NCBI GenBank assembly: GCA_051294375.1
Contig: CM119266.1
Location: 11,027,142-11,091,141 of the forward strand
From: Paraspadella gotoi
Taxonomy: Eukaryota > Animalia > Chaetognatha
Direction: 5' to 3'
DNA: 64,000 bases
In this document: positions 14,628-28,829 of the stretch, piece after piece
Layout of the letters: the number at the start of each line of letters is the position of its first letter
Position numbering within the stretch: position 1 is the stretch's first letter
Program-made: the position numbers and the translations under genes
The notes under the pieces: generated by a model
Told to the model about the DNA's origin: nothing
What the model saw: the letters and a program-made list of their open reading frames with translations, nothing else
Databases searched by the model: none

Positions 14628-16837
14628 AGAAGAGAGACAAAGGAGAAAGGGGAGGGAATCCGATAGAGTATTGATTATTCCCGAGTTGTGGCCGTTGATG
14701 TCTGACGTCGGGGCAAAAGCTGCTCTGGCCTTGAGGCAGTAAGCGGCGGTGGCGGCGGTGGCGGCGGAGGTGGCGAAGGCGGTGGCAAAAGTGGAGGGGA
14801 GTGGTGAATTGGTGGTGGCGGTGGCGGCCATGGTGAGGTTTTCACTGTGAAATTTCGAGGATTCGTAGATCAACTGCGCAAAAGCTTTCGAGCGTGACTC
14901 TTCTTTCACGTTTCGAGATCTAAAGTTTCACCGAATTTCTTTGTTTCGCTTCGCGTCACACGATTGAGTAAACTTTTAAGACGACGACGACTATGAGGAC
15001 GACGACGACGACGACGGGTTAACAATTAGCCTTTGAATAGTTAAGATCACAGTTAAAACCGTGAGGATTTTAATGTTGACAAAGTAAAGAGATTATGAGT
15101 TTGTGAAAATGTGAGAGAAAAAGATGAAAGAAAAAAACACAAATTTAAAATAATAATGACATTAAAATTGTAACGTTCACCTATCGCGAATAAACACACA
15201 TCAAACACCCACGCAGATTTAGCAACTTGTACTTAGTAGAGTCCAAATTTCAACGACTGCTTTTAAAATTAACGATTTTTGCTCTGTTCCTTAGAAAATG
15301 ACTTCGACGACGACGATGAGGAAAACGACGACGAAAACGACATCTATCGTCTAGAGAAACGGGAAAAGAAAGAACCCGCGACCGAGCAACCTCGTCCCAA
15401 AAACCCCGAAATAGAAAAAAGAAAGAAACAAAATATTTGTACCAAAAAAAGAAAAAAGGAAAAGAAAAAGAAAAAGGAAAAAAAAATCTGTTCCGCCAAC
15501 CAAATCCCGGTTCCACACATTAACTCGGAGCGCCACCGAGGGCGAGATATCAGCACCACCGAAACGGAGAGACGATAGCGACGACAAAGACGATGGCGAA
15601 GAAGACGTTTAACGTCGTGATTATGACAACAGGCTGTGATAATTATAATTTAACAATGACAAAGACAATGATAAATATAACGAAAGCGACGGCGGAAATG
15701 ATACGAAATCGGAAAGCGAACGAAGCATATTGCGCCACCTATGGAGAAATTGGGACAAGAACGACAACAACGAAGACATCTGAGACGAAAACGATATACA
15801 CAGAGAAACGAAGAAGACGAAACCTAAAGGGAAGAAGAATGACGACGACGACGACGAAAAAGAAAACGATGAGCAACCAAGACGGAAACGACGACAAGAA
15901 AGACGAACGCCGCGAAGAAAACGACGACGACGATAACGACGACGAAAACGACGACGTGAATGATGAAATAAACATAAGAACAAAGCGAAGAGGAACTGGG
16001 TCGAGGCGAAAGCTTGAGGGGGAAAAAAAAAGAAGGGAGGGAAGAAAACAAGGAGAAAAAAAGGAAAAAATGAGGAAAAAAAGGAAAGGAAAAAAAAGGA
16101 AAGGAGGCGAGGTTGCCACCGAGGTCAGGGAGATGGATTTTAGGTGAGGGTCGTCGAGTTAAAAGGTCAGGTTCAAAGGTCAGGATCCGCGGGTCGGGAT
16201 TCCAGGTCGGGACTCGGAGAAAACAGGTTCTGGCGCCAAGTTTTCTCCGGCGGCGGTGGTGGGTAGGGGATAGTGGGGGAAGGAGCGGAGAGGGTAAGGC
16301 GAGGTTAGGGATGGGAAAGGTAGGGGAAGGGTTAGGGAGGCAGCGGCTTTTTTTTTTCCTTCTGGGCCGAGGGACCCACTGAGGCGTTGATGCGTCGATG
16401 GTAAGAAGGAAAAAGAAATGAAGGTCGAGAGAAGGAAAGATGGAAAGAAGAAAAGGGATAACAGGCGTTTATTATTGTTTATATATCGGGGGTGGACGAG
16501 TTCCAGTCTTTTGGCTCTCGTTTTTTTTTTAAAGATTGAAGGTTAAACTTATTACTTATTACTTTCAGACTTACTGGTTACTACTTTTCACCTTCAATTT
16601 TTACTTACACAATGTAATTCTTCCATCTTTATGATGACACACCTACTGTCTTCAAAAATCAGAAAGGAACAAATGTGCAGTGAATCCTTTGACAGATGAC
16701 TGAAAAAAACTGAAATATAAAAAAATATATATAACAACAAAACTGCAGTTTGGATTTTGAGTTTTAATGAAGCAAGCCGATGCCTTTGGGCTTTGGAAAA
16801 CCGGGAAATGTTTACGCTTTCAGCCATTGTTACCTTT

Positions 16838-16902
<65 letters not shown>

Positions 16903-17023
16903 AGAGGAGACGAAGGAAGAAAAAAAATGGTTATATCCGTCATAAGGGTCCCTATGAGGATTTTGAATTTTTTAAGGAAAAAACCAGGTTGTCGACGCTT
17001 GGAAAAAGAAGAGAGAAGAGAGA

Positions 17024-17097
<74 letters not shown>

Positions 17098-17880
17098 AGT
17101 TAAGGACCGCACGAGATGAAGAGTACGGAGTGTCTCTATACGGATAGAGATTTCGCGATTGGTATTCATATGCGAGACAAATAATTTCAATATTTATGAA
17201 AGGCGTGAAATATTGAAACGCGACGGAAAGTATAAAAATATCGCCATCTTTTTTTTTTCGCTTTTGCATTTTGGAGCGAGAAGCTCCTTCGTCGAAAAGT
17301 TATGCATGAAATGGCTTTCAGGTGTTACGATGTGTCGTCGAGGTTGAAAACTCGAAGCGAAGATGGAAAAGAAAAATTTGCAAAAACCAAGTCGTTGTTT
17401 CTCAGCCGAAGAAAATAAGGAGATTCCAGAAAGAAAAATTTTTTTTGCTTTTAATGCTTTATGATATGGATTATTAGATTACGCTTTTTGCTACTTTTTG
17501 TCGGATTTTGACAACAACCAAAAAAAAGTTGACAAAAATCAACTTTTCTTAATTTACCTTATCTCATTGCTATTCTAAAATTATTTCATAACAAGTTGAT
17601 CACTTTATACTTATTAATATTATAAATATAAATTATATTATAAATATATATATTTATATATATATAAATTATATTATAAAAATTATAAATATACAATAAT
17701 AAAATACACAATTTATTCGACTTAAAATATAATTCAAATCTTCCCGCTTCTCTTCCCCAGCTCTATTCCCGATCGCCAATTTATTCTATTTCAACTCGTT
17801 TGACAGTCATACATTATCACTTAAAACGTCTTTCCTTATCTTTCTCATTAATCTAATCACATCCTTCACTGCCATTTCAT

Positions 17881-17940
<60 letters not shown>

Positions 17941-18000
17941 CTCTCTCTACGGCAACGCAGAAACAAACTAGTCTCTCCGGCCCCTTCTCTTGCGAGCGAG

Positions 18001-18095
<95 letters not shown>

Positions 18096-18589
18096 TAGCT
18101 CTTTGCTTGTTGGCTCCGACGTTGAATTTTCCTGTTGTGAAGCCGATAACCCAGTTAGCGGTTGCCATGGGAAATTTTAATTGCATATACAGTTTATTTT
18201 ATATTCGAGGAAAGGATCCTGTTGTGCCGGCGATGAAAGAGCGAAGATAGAGAGAGAGCAAAGAGAGAGAGAGAGAGAGTGTGTGAAATAGAAAGAGAGA
18301 GACTCAGAGCTCAGAGAAAGATGGAAGACAAAATAGAAAGCAATAAAAGAAATAGAACTTGCTTCTTCCATACAACATCGGAACACCTTTAATTCTAACT
18401 ATTCAGATAACCCTGCATCCAACACCCTCTTTTCCAACGCCCCCACGCGCCCCTTCGGCTTCCACCCCCGGGTCATGATGAGTCCGCGGGGACTTGAAGT
18501 CATGGGCTGGCAATGGAGACTGGGATTAAGATTTAACCGTCCATGGCTTCACTACTCGAGAATCGGTGGGAGCCGCTCTCTCCCTCCCA

Positions 18590-18648
<59 letters not shown>

Positions 18649-19627
18649 CCCTTGACATAGACGCCGACAGCGAATTTCCTCGTTTTAAGACTCGAGACAC
18701 GTTCCACTCCGTTGCCACCCCGCTACCACCCCAGGACCACCCTACTCCCATCCTCCCACTTTTTCTCTATCACAGTAAAACCTTAAAGTTCCTCTTTCCC
18801 TCGTTCCATCACTTAAAGCGGAAGCTGATTGGTTCCGACGAGATAGCCGAGCCAACGACTCGCCTGATTGGATGAAAAAATCCGCCGTCGTCCAAGTCTG
18901 GACTCTGTTACCACTTCGGCGATTGATCTGATTTGTTGAGAGATTCTGATGAAGTTCCGAGATTAGACCATTTCGATTCGGAAGTCGTGTAAATTCGTAA
19001 TGACGATGTTTTATTAAAGACTCGAACTCGGATATCCGATAAAGTATTCAGCGGCAGAATACTAAATCCTGATGTCGGGTTCGTATGCAAGCGAACGGAA
19101 AGTACTATATACGTTGTCCGTTTTCATCGAGATATCACGGGACCATTTTCGAATTCATTGACACTGCGGAGCACACAGATTTTATTTTTCGGTCTTTATG
19201 TTTCTTTTTCAGCTAATAACTATAGAAAATATGTATCGGGCTTTTCCAACAAAGATTTTGAAAGTCAACGACCCCTATGTTTTTTTACTTCGGCACATCT
19301 CGTGGTTTCCTCTTTCAATTTCGCTTCTTCCCTTCTCTCGGCTTTCTCTTTCAAACTTCAACGAGTCTCGCGATTGGTCCGTTTCTTTGTTCCGACGTCA
19401 CGCGGTCGGACTCTTTTTATTTTCGTGAGGAAAATGGGGGGGGGGATGAGGTTTGGGGTTCGAGACCCAAAGAGAATGAAAAAGTCAGGGGTAGAGGAGG
19501 GAGGGGGTGTTCGGAGTCGCCAGCGATCAGCTGTGGAGAGTGATTGAAGGCGACAGAGTGAGGCGTGAATATATGGAATCAGCTGGAGGGTTGATTGAAT
19601 GTGACGGAGCTGCGTGCGGATTTATGC

Positions 19628-19652
19628 NNNNNNNNNNNNNNNNNNNNNNNNN
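19628..19652. other. 25-N placeholder gap (also 30487-30511 and 44400-44424)
   Basis: Three gaps of exactly 25 N, two of them bracketing the 5.3 kb duplication and one inside the 0.55 kb duplication. Consistent with PBJelly-style overfilled gaps (inference). Confidence 0.8.
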
Positions 19653-19674
19653 GATCGCCCGAGAGAGAGAGGAG

Positions 19675-19730
<56 letters not shown>

Positions 19731-19731
<1 letters not shown>

Positions 19732-20802
19732 GGTGACTCGGGGTACGTGCAGTCGAGTCGTAAATAATCCCAGCGGTGATATTCCAGCGACTCTAGTCTC
19801 TCTCGTCTTTCGTCATCTGTCTCAGTCTTTTCGTCTCTGTCTCTGTCATTGTCTTTCCGTTCACGTCATTGAAGCCTACGGGACGTAATCGTGTTATATA
19901 AACTTATTTAAACTAATTAACTAGTCACGAAGTCTAAGCTCTAAATTTTCCGTAATATATTTTTAAAATTCAAATTTTGATGATTTTTTAGAAAAAAAAT
20001 ATCGGCCCCACCGGCCTGGCCGATGCGAAACGAAAAAAATGGAGGCGCCTCTGGTGGCAGAAGAAACGAGAGACGCCGTATAAACACGCGGCCGCTTGAC
20101 GATGAGTTCGACGCCGGGAAAAGAATAACATAAAAAAAAAACGCCGAGCAATCGCCGATGGCCGCGCTGACGCACGCCGGCAGCCGCAACCAGGCAGCCC
20201 GCCGCCGCCGCCCGTCGAGCGCCGGGAGAATAATCAAAGTTCTTTCGAACCGAAGATTCGACCTTTGGGATCAAAAACGAAGAGGAAACGAGCGACGCCG
20301 CGGGGGGGGCCAAATGGGGGGTGGAGTGGATCGATCGAGAAGAGAAGTGATGGTGGAAGGGTGAAATGGTATATATGAATTAATGCAATAATCCTGTTCG
20401 TTCATCGTTATAAGCTATCTTCCCATGGACTTGGACGGGCTATGGTGGTTTAAGCCAGAGATGGCGAGAAAGTGTGACACAGAAAACTTGGGTCGCGCGC
20501 GAATTTCCTGAAAACCGCAAAAACTGGCGTCAGAACCGTGCGAAACCGAGATGGTGGCGAAGCAATGGGCGAAAGGAAGGCGCCAAAACGGCGACCACCT
20601 AACAAATTGCCCCTCGTCGTTACCACAAAGAAGGAACTAAACGCGCAGTAGTGTCCGTCTTTTTCGAGGGAAAATAAAACATCGCCATCTTCCCTGGAAA
20701 AAAGAGAGAGGGAGAGAAGGTAGAGAGAGAAGAGGGGAAGGAGAGAGAGAGAGAGAGAGAGAGAAGAGAGAGAGGCGCACGGGCACGAACGAGGTGTGAA
20801 AC

Positions 20803-20836
<34 letters not shown>

Positions 20837-23272
20837 AGGAGAAGAGAGAGAGTAGAGGAGAGAGAGAGAGAGGAAAGAGTTTGTGTCTCTGCTCCGGCGT
20901 TTTGGATGCCAGATGCCGGAGTTGGCGAAATTCAATTTTGGCAATTCTCTCCCTTCTCTGCTTTTTTTTATTTTTCCCTCGTTCTTCTCTCTCTCCTCTC
21001 TCTCTCCGTCTCTTCTTCTCTCTCTCTCTCCTCTCTCTCTCTCTCGTCTCTCTCTCTCTCTCTCGCTCTCGTGTACTCTCTCTAAATTCACGTTTCTTCT
21101 CTCTCTCTCTCTATTGAAAACAGCGAGAGGCAACACACGAAAAAAGCTCGGAGGCGATGGGGGACGGACGTTGTAAGAGACGAAGAGAATGAAGGGAAAA
21201 AGTAGAGAGAGAGACAAAGTGAGAAAGCGAGAGAGAGAAAGAGAGAGCAAAGAGCCCGAGATTTTCTTTCTCCATTAATTTTCTGATTATATACGGAAGA
21301 TTCGCGCGGCTTCCCCGATTACATTCATTTAAATTTCCATTGAAAGCCGTTGCGCGAAGCGTGAGAGACGAAAGAAGGGAACGAGAGAGAGAGAGGGATA
21401 GACCGAGCGAGAGAGCACACCAACCTTCCTCTTGTTTAATTATTTATTACGAAATGTGATCTAAATCAGCTGGGTAAAGTTGTTTCTCTCTCTCCCTCTC
21501 TCTCTCATCTCTCTTCTCTTCTCTCTCTCTCTCTCTTTCTTCTCATCTCTCTCTCTCTCTCTCTCTCTCTTCAAGGTCCCCGCCGTTAACGACCTCGGAA
21601 AAAACCGCGGACCGCCGTCATCGTCGACGTTGAATCTCTGCGACGAACTGAAAAAAAAAAAAATGTGGATGGGGGATGGGGGGCGGGGGGCCGGGGGGAT
21701 GGGTGGGAAGAGAGCTAGGGGAAAGAACGTAATGGTGAGGTTGTGGGACTAGTTGACTGGTGTGGAACGGGTAAGTGCAAAGAAGGCAAGGCTGTGCTGT
21801 AATTTAAATATATATTTGTTAGGGAACTTGAAACAAATGGCACTATCAAATGTACAACGGGATCGAATGGTATGAAAGTGATCATTTGACTGCAAAACTA
21901 AGTATGCATATGCTGCAACTTAACTGTCAAAAACAATTACCTAAATTAAGCCGTCCGTTTATAAGTTTTTTTCCTTACAAATAAAGCAAGGCTCTTCCTC
22001 GATTCCCGTTATTTTTCCAAATTTCGAATTACAAAAATTTTAGGGTCGGCCTTGGAAAAATAAAAAGGGAGTAAATAATCTGGAACCCATTTCATGGGGT
22101 TTTGGGCGAAAAAAAAAAGAGAGGAGGGGAAAACGTAAACATTTTACTTTCGTGTTTGAATTCGCGTTTAAAAGAAGTTTTCAAATCGTGAAAAAAAACA
22201 AAAAAAAAAACAAAAAACAAAGGGAGAGTCGGGGCTGTTCGTCCGAGAAGGTGTTGATCTACTGAAAATGTTAATTTACAGAATTCGTTTTCCCGCTTTT
22301 TCTATCATCGATTTTTGTCGTTTTTGAAAGTTTCGGTGTGTTTGATTGGGAACAGAAGACTGCAACGAAAAAATAAAAAATCGGAAAAATGTCAAAATCT
22401 TTTCCGCGTTCGTTTCGGTCCGATGAAAAATCCTGATAAAATCCAAACTGAATAAAGAAAAAAAATCGGCAATAAAAAAAGGAGAAAATAAAACAACCTC
22501 GGACTCGCTACTAAATTAATATTTGCAATTGAATTTAAAAAAAAAATCAACTTCCTAGGAGAAAGAAAAAAAAAAGAGTTTATGAAGGAATTCATAATTC
22601 GATCGAAGGTAAGAAAATCGGTGGTCGGCATGAATTTAAGAAAAATAGAATTGTGGAAGATTTGTTGGCAATTATAAATAAAACTAAGTAAAAAAACAAA
22701 AACAAAAAACAACTAAACGAAAGATAAAAAAAGAGAAGAGAAAAGGAGAAAAAGTTGTAAATTCCTCGTCACTTGGAAGAAGCGGAATAATAAACTGAAT
22801 TGAGATTCGTCAATTAATCAAGAGAATCTGGAGTTAATTAGCGGAGATAAAATATAAAGAAAGAGCGCGAGTGGGAGGGAGAGGGTAGGAGGGAAAGAGA
22901 GGGAGATGGGAAGTCGAAAGATGAGCTAAGGGAAGGAGGAAAAGGGAGGGAGGAAGGGAGGAAAGAGGGTTAGAGGAAATCCCAAAGGCCAGAGGGAATA
23001 ATAAAAAAAAAAAACCGCACAAAGTAATGAAATAAGGCATGAATCGCAAAAGCAGAAGCGGTTTAAATTGAAAAATTTACACCAAACTCTCCGAGAAGAA
23101 GGAGGAGTAGAGAGAGGGGGAAAAAAGAAGGGCAAAAGAAAAAGAAGAAGGGGGGACATAGAAAAAGTGAGAGAGAGAGAGGAAGAGAATTTTTTTATTT
23201 TTGAGTGAGTAGTTCTCTTTCCCGAAGTAGGAGTAAATTCTGAAGGGAAAAACCGACGAGTTTTGTTTATTA

Positions 23273-23303
<31 letters not shown>

Positions 23304-23307
23304 ATTA

Positions 23308-23370
<63 letters not shown>

Positions 23371-24957
23371 GGAAATGATGGCGTGGAAGAGGAAAAAAGG
23401 GGTGGGTGTGGGTAGAAATGTAGCGATAGAAGCGGGGGCGGAGAAAGTCGAGAGTGTTTAACTTGTAGTAGAGTAGGGAAAAGAGGAAGAAAAGAGAAAA
23501 AGGGGGATAAATGGAGTGAGATGGAAAAGAAAGAATCATTCAAAATTTCGTGTTTGCGTGGAGACGAAAGATAAAGATGAAAAAAAAAGGAGACACAAAT
23601 TCGAGGAGGAAAAAAGGAGAGAGAGTTAGGAAGAGAAAGAAGCAAGAGCGAGAGCAGGATAAAAATAATATAGTCGAGTTCTCTCTTCCCTCCCAATTTT
23701 TCGGCCGGCCGCGCACCTCATACATATCTAAGCCTTCATTAACACACGCATCGCTCCCAAAAAATCTCTCTTCTGTCAAATAAAAACCATTCGGGAACCG
23801 CTCTCATCTCTCTCTCTCATCTCTCTCTCTCTCTCTGCTCTCATCTCGGGTCTCTTCCTCTCTCATCTCTGCTCTCTTCTCATCTCCTTCTCTCTCTCAC
23901 TCTCTCTCTCTGCGCCGAAGGAAGAGTGCGCTTCGTGGGTGGGGCAGTGGGTACGGGGGTGGAGATACAGAAGCGTGGGGAGAAAAAAATCAAAGCTCGG
24001 GGAAAAAAAGCGAAAAGCAACAATGATTTTTTGGATGAAAAGACCTCGAACAAAAGGGAATCGTTCGCGGATGGAGATTATTATTATTATTCTTTTTTTT
24101 TTGTAATTTAACCTGACAGAAAAAAAAAGGAAAGGAATCAACTTTTCCGATTTAATTTGGTATTTCCGACATTAATCATCGTAGGATTAAACGAACTAAT
24201 TTACAATATGGTGTAACAAATGTTTTCGTCACAAATTTGAAACAACTGTTTGCTAAAGATTAAACTTTTTGCAAGCTAATTAATCTGATCCTAAAAATAA
24301 AATTCTAAAAAAAAATTTTTAAGCCTTTCCTATTTATAATAAATATTAAAAAAATAATATATGGTGTAATAGAGTAATATTAAAAATGTTTTTTGTCTAT
24401 TAAATTTCTTAACGCCACCCTTACTGAGTTAGGCTATCCCTTCGCTAAAGTACTTTAATTTGCAATGGATGCATCACCGATTAAATTAATTAGAAACAAT
24501 TAATTCAAAATTTCAACAATAACTGCCAAAAGAAATTCTGAACATAACCATAAAAAGTGCATACTATACTAATGCACTTAAACCTGTGGCCCTCGTGGAA
24601 ATTCAATACATTTGCACTGGAAAGAAAAGACGGCTTTGCGTATTTCCTCGCATCTTTTTAAGACTCAACCGCGTGGGCGGAGACGGACGGATGGACGGAC
24701 ATACGGTCACACGGACAAACAGTCGCGCAACTGAGGGAAAAAGGAAAAATATTCAGTCAGGATAAAGAAAATGAAAAAAAAAAAGAAAAAGGGAAGAAAG
24801 AGAAAAGAGAGGAAAAAAAAAAACGGGAAGAAGATTGCGATAACTATCTTTGCTGGGTCTCCATGTGTTTTGGGCATCTTGGAAACGCCTCGGTTGGTGT
24901 TGAAGTGATGGAGAGAAAAAAAATCCGAGAGCGATGAGTGAAAGAAAAGTGAAAAAT

Positions 24958-24960
<3 letters not shown>
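19731..24960 (+). repeat. Copy 1 of a ~5.26 kb direct tandem duplication
   Basis: Begins cggtgactcggggtacgtgcagtcgagtcgtaaataatcccagcgg and is collinear with copy 2 throughout, including the (ATT)n tract. Differences are mostly 1-bp indels. Confidence 0.9.
23266..23370 (+). repeat. (ATT)n microsatellite (duplicated at 28734-28829)
   Basis: Direct observation. Confidence 0.95.
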
Positions 24961-24987
<27 letters not shown>

Positions 24988-24988
<1 letters not shown>

Positions 24989-26357
24989 CGGTGACTCGGG
25001 GACGTGAGTCGAGTCGTAAATAATCCCAGCGGATGATATTCCACCGACTCGTCTCTCTCGTCTTTCGTCTCTGTCTCAGTCTTTTCGTCTCTGTCTCTGT
25101 CATTGTCTTTCGTTCACCATTGAAGCCTACGGGACGTAATCGTGTTATTAAACTTATTAAACTAATTAGACTTAGTCACGAGTTAAGCCTAAATTTCGTA
25201 ATATTTTTTAAAAATAAATTTTGATGATTTTTTAGAAAAAAATATCGGCCCCACCGGCCTGGCCGATGCGAACGAAAAAAAAATGGAGCGCCTCTGGTGG
25301 CAGAAACAGCGAGACGCCGATAAACAGCGGCGCTTGACGAATGAGTTCGACGCCGGAAAAGAATACAAAAAAAAACGCCGGAAATCGCCGATGGCCGACG
25401 CTGACGCAGCGGCAGCCGCAACCGCAGCCGCCGCCGCCGCCGTCGACGCCGGGAGAATAATCAAAGTTCTTCGAACCGAAGATTCGACTTTGGGATCAAA
25501 AACCGAAGAGGAAACGAGCGACGCNNNNNNNNNNNNNNNNNNNNNNNNNNNNNNNNNNNNNNNNNNNNNNNNNNNNNNNNNNNNNNNNNNNNNNNNNNNN
25601 NNNNNNNNNNNNNNNNNNNNNNNNNNNNNNNNNNNNNNNNNNNNNGAGTGGACGATCGAGAGAGAAGTGATGGTGAAGGGTGAATGGTATATATGAAATT
25701 ATGCAATATCTATTCGTTCATCTTATAAGCTATCTTTCCCATGACTTTGGACGGGCTATGGTGGTTTAAGGCCAGAGAGTGGCGAGAAAGTGTGACACAG
25801 AAAACTGGGTCGCGCGGCGATTTCCTGAAAACCGCAACTGGCGTCAGAGACGCGTGGCGACCGAGATGGTGGCGAAGCAATGGGCGAAAGGAAGGCGCCA
25901 ACGGCGACCACCAACAAATTGCCCTCGTCGTTAACAAAGGAAGGAAACTAACGCGCAGTAGTTCGTCTTTTTCGAGGGAAATAAAACATCGCCATCTTCT
26001 GGAAAAAGAGAGAGGGAGAGAGAGGGAGAGAGAGGGAGGGAGAGAGAGAGAGAGANNNNNNNNNNNNNNNNNNNNNNNNNNNNNNNNNNNNNNNNNNNNN
26101 NNNNNNNNNNNNNNNNNNNNNNNNNNNNNNNNNNNNNNNNNNNNNNNNNNNNNNNNNNNNNNNNNNNNNNNNNNNNNNNNNNNNNNNNNNNNNNNNNNNN
26201 NNNNNNNNNNNNNNNNNNNNNNNNNNNNNNNNNNNNNNNNNNNNNNNNNNNNNNNNNNNNNNNNNNNNNNNNNNNNNNNNNNNNNNNNNNNNNNNNNNNN
26301 NNNNNNNNNNNNNNNNNNNNNNNNNNNNNNNNNNNNNNNNNNNNNNNNNNNNNNNNN

Positions 26358-26393
<36 letters not shown>

Positions 26394-28733
26394 AAGATTC
26401 ACGTTTCTCTCTCTCTCTCTCTTTAAAACAGCGAGGCAACAACGAAGCTCGGAGGCGATGGGGGACGACGTTGTAAGAGACGAGAGAATGAGGAAAAAGA
26501 GAGAGAGAGACAAAGTGAGAAAGCGAGAGAGAGAGAAAGAGAGAGCAAGAGCCCGAGATTTTCTTTCTCCATTATTTTCTGATTATATACGGAAGATTCG
26601 CGCGGCTCCCGATTACATTCATTAAAATTCATTGAAAAGCGTTGCGCGAGCGTGAGAGACGAAGAGGGAACGAGAGAGAGAGAGGGATAGACCGAGCGAG
26701 AGACACACCACCTTCTCTTGTTTATTATTTATTACGAATGTGATCTAATCAGCGGGAAGTTGTTTCTCTCTCTCTNNNNNNNNNNNNNNNNNNNNNNNNN
26801 NNNNNNNNNNNNNNNNNNNNNNNNNNNNNNNNNNNNNNNNNNNNNNNNNNNNNNNNNNNNNNNNNNNNNNNNNNNNNNNNNNNNNNNNNNNNNNNNNNNN
26901 NNNNNNNNNNNNNNNNNNNNNNNNNNNNNNNNNNNNNNNNNNNNNNNNNNNNNNNNNNNNNNNNNNNNNNNNNNNNNNNNNNNNNNNNNNNNNNNNNNNN
27001 NNNNNNNNNNNNNNNNNNNNNNNNNNNNNNNNNNNNNNNNNNNNNNNNNNNNNNNNNNNNNNNNNNNNNNNNNNNNNNNNNNNNNNNNNNNNNNNNNNNN
27101 NNNNNNNNNNNNNNNNNNNNNNNNNNNNNNNNNNNNNNNNNNNNNNNNNNNNNNNNNNNNNNNNNNNNNNNNNNNNNNNNNNNNNNNNNNNNNNNNNNNN
27201 NNNNNNNNNNNNNNNNNNNNNNNNNNNNNNNNNNNNNNNNNNNNNNNNNNNNNNNNNNNNNNNNNNNNNNNNNNNNNNNNNNNNGACAGTTGACTGGTGG
27301 TGGACGGGTAAGTGAAAAAGAAGGCAAGGCTGTGCTGTAATTTAAATTAGATATTTGTTAGGGAACTTGAAACAAATGGCACCTATCAAAATGTACACGG
27401 GATCGAATGGTTGAAGTGATCATTTGACTGCAAAACTATGTAGCATATGCTGCAACTGTCAAAAACAATTACTAAATTAAGCCGTCCGTTTATAAGTTTT
27501 TTCCTACAAATAAAGCAAGGCTCTTCCTCGATTCCCTTATTTTTCCATTTCGAATTACAAAATTTTAGGGTCGCCTTGGAAAAATAAAAAGGGAGTAAAA
27601 TAATCTGGAACCCATTTCATGGGGTTTGGCGAAAAAAAAAAGAGCGGAGGGGAAAACGTAAACATTTTACTTTCGTTTGATTCGCGTTTAAAAAGAAGTT
27701 TTCAATCGTGAAAAAAAAAACAAAAAAAAACAAAAACAAGGGAGAGTCGGGGCTTCGTCGAAAGGTTTGATCTACGAATGGTTAATACAGAATTCGTTTT
27801 CCCTTTTCTATCATCGATTTTTGTCGTTTTTGAAGTTTCGGTTGTTATATTGAACAGAGACTGCAACGAAAAAACTAAAAATCGGAAAAATGTCAAAATC
27901 TTTTCCGTTCGTTTCGGTCCGATGAAAAACCGATAAAATCCAAACTGAAAAAGAAAAAAAAATCGCAATAAAAAAAGGAGAAAATAAAACAACCTCGGAC
28001 TCGCTACTAAATTAATATTTGCAAATTGAATTTAAAAAAAAAAATCAACTTCCTAGGAGAAAGAAAAAAAAAGAGTTATAATGAAGGAATTCAAATTCGA
28101 TCGAAGGTAAGAAAATCGGTGGTCGATGAATTAAAGAAAAATAAATTGTGGAAGATTTGTTGGCAATTATAAAATAAAACTAAGAAAAAAACCAAAACAA
28201 AACAAACAAACTAAACGAAAGATAAAAAAAAGAAGAAGAGAAAAGGAGAAAAAGTTGTAAATTCCCTCGTCACTTTGAAAAGCGGAATAATAAACCTGAA
28301 TTGAGATTTCGTCATTAATCAAAGAATCTGGAGTTAATTAGCGGAGATAAAATATAAAGAAGAGCGCGAGTGGGAGGGAGAGGGAGGAGGGAAAGAGAGG
28401 GAGATGGGAAGTCGAAGATGAGCTAGGGAAGGAGGAAAAGGGAGGGAGGAAGGGAGGAAAGAGGGTTAGAGGAAATCCAAAGGCAGAGGGATAATAAAAA
28501 AAAAAAACCCCAAAGTCTGAATAAGGCATGAATCGCAAAGCAGAAGCGGTTTAATTGAAAATTTACACAAACTCTCGGAGAAGAGGAGGAGTAGAAGAGG
28601 GGGAAAAAAGAGGGCAAAAGAAAAGAAAGAGAGGGGGGGAATAGAAAAGTGAGAGAGAGAGAGGAAGAGAAAGTGAGTAAGTTCTCTTTCCCGAAGTAGG
28701 AGTAAATCTGAGGGAAAAACCGACGAGGTTTTG

Positions 28734-28829
<96 letters not shown>

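Noticed and set aside
14650-14844. Minus-strand Ala/Thr-rich ORF with TTTCACAG acceptor and ACCATGG Kozak context
   Set aside because: No convincing donor before it runs into (CT)n; composition is explained by GCC/ACC repeats.
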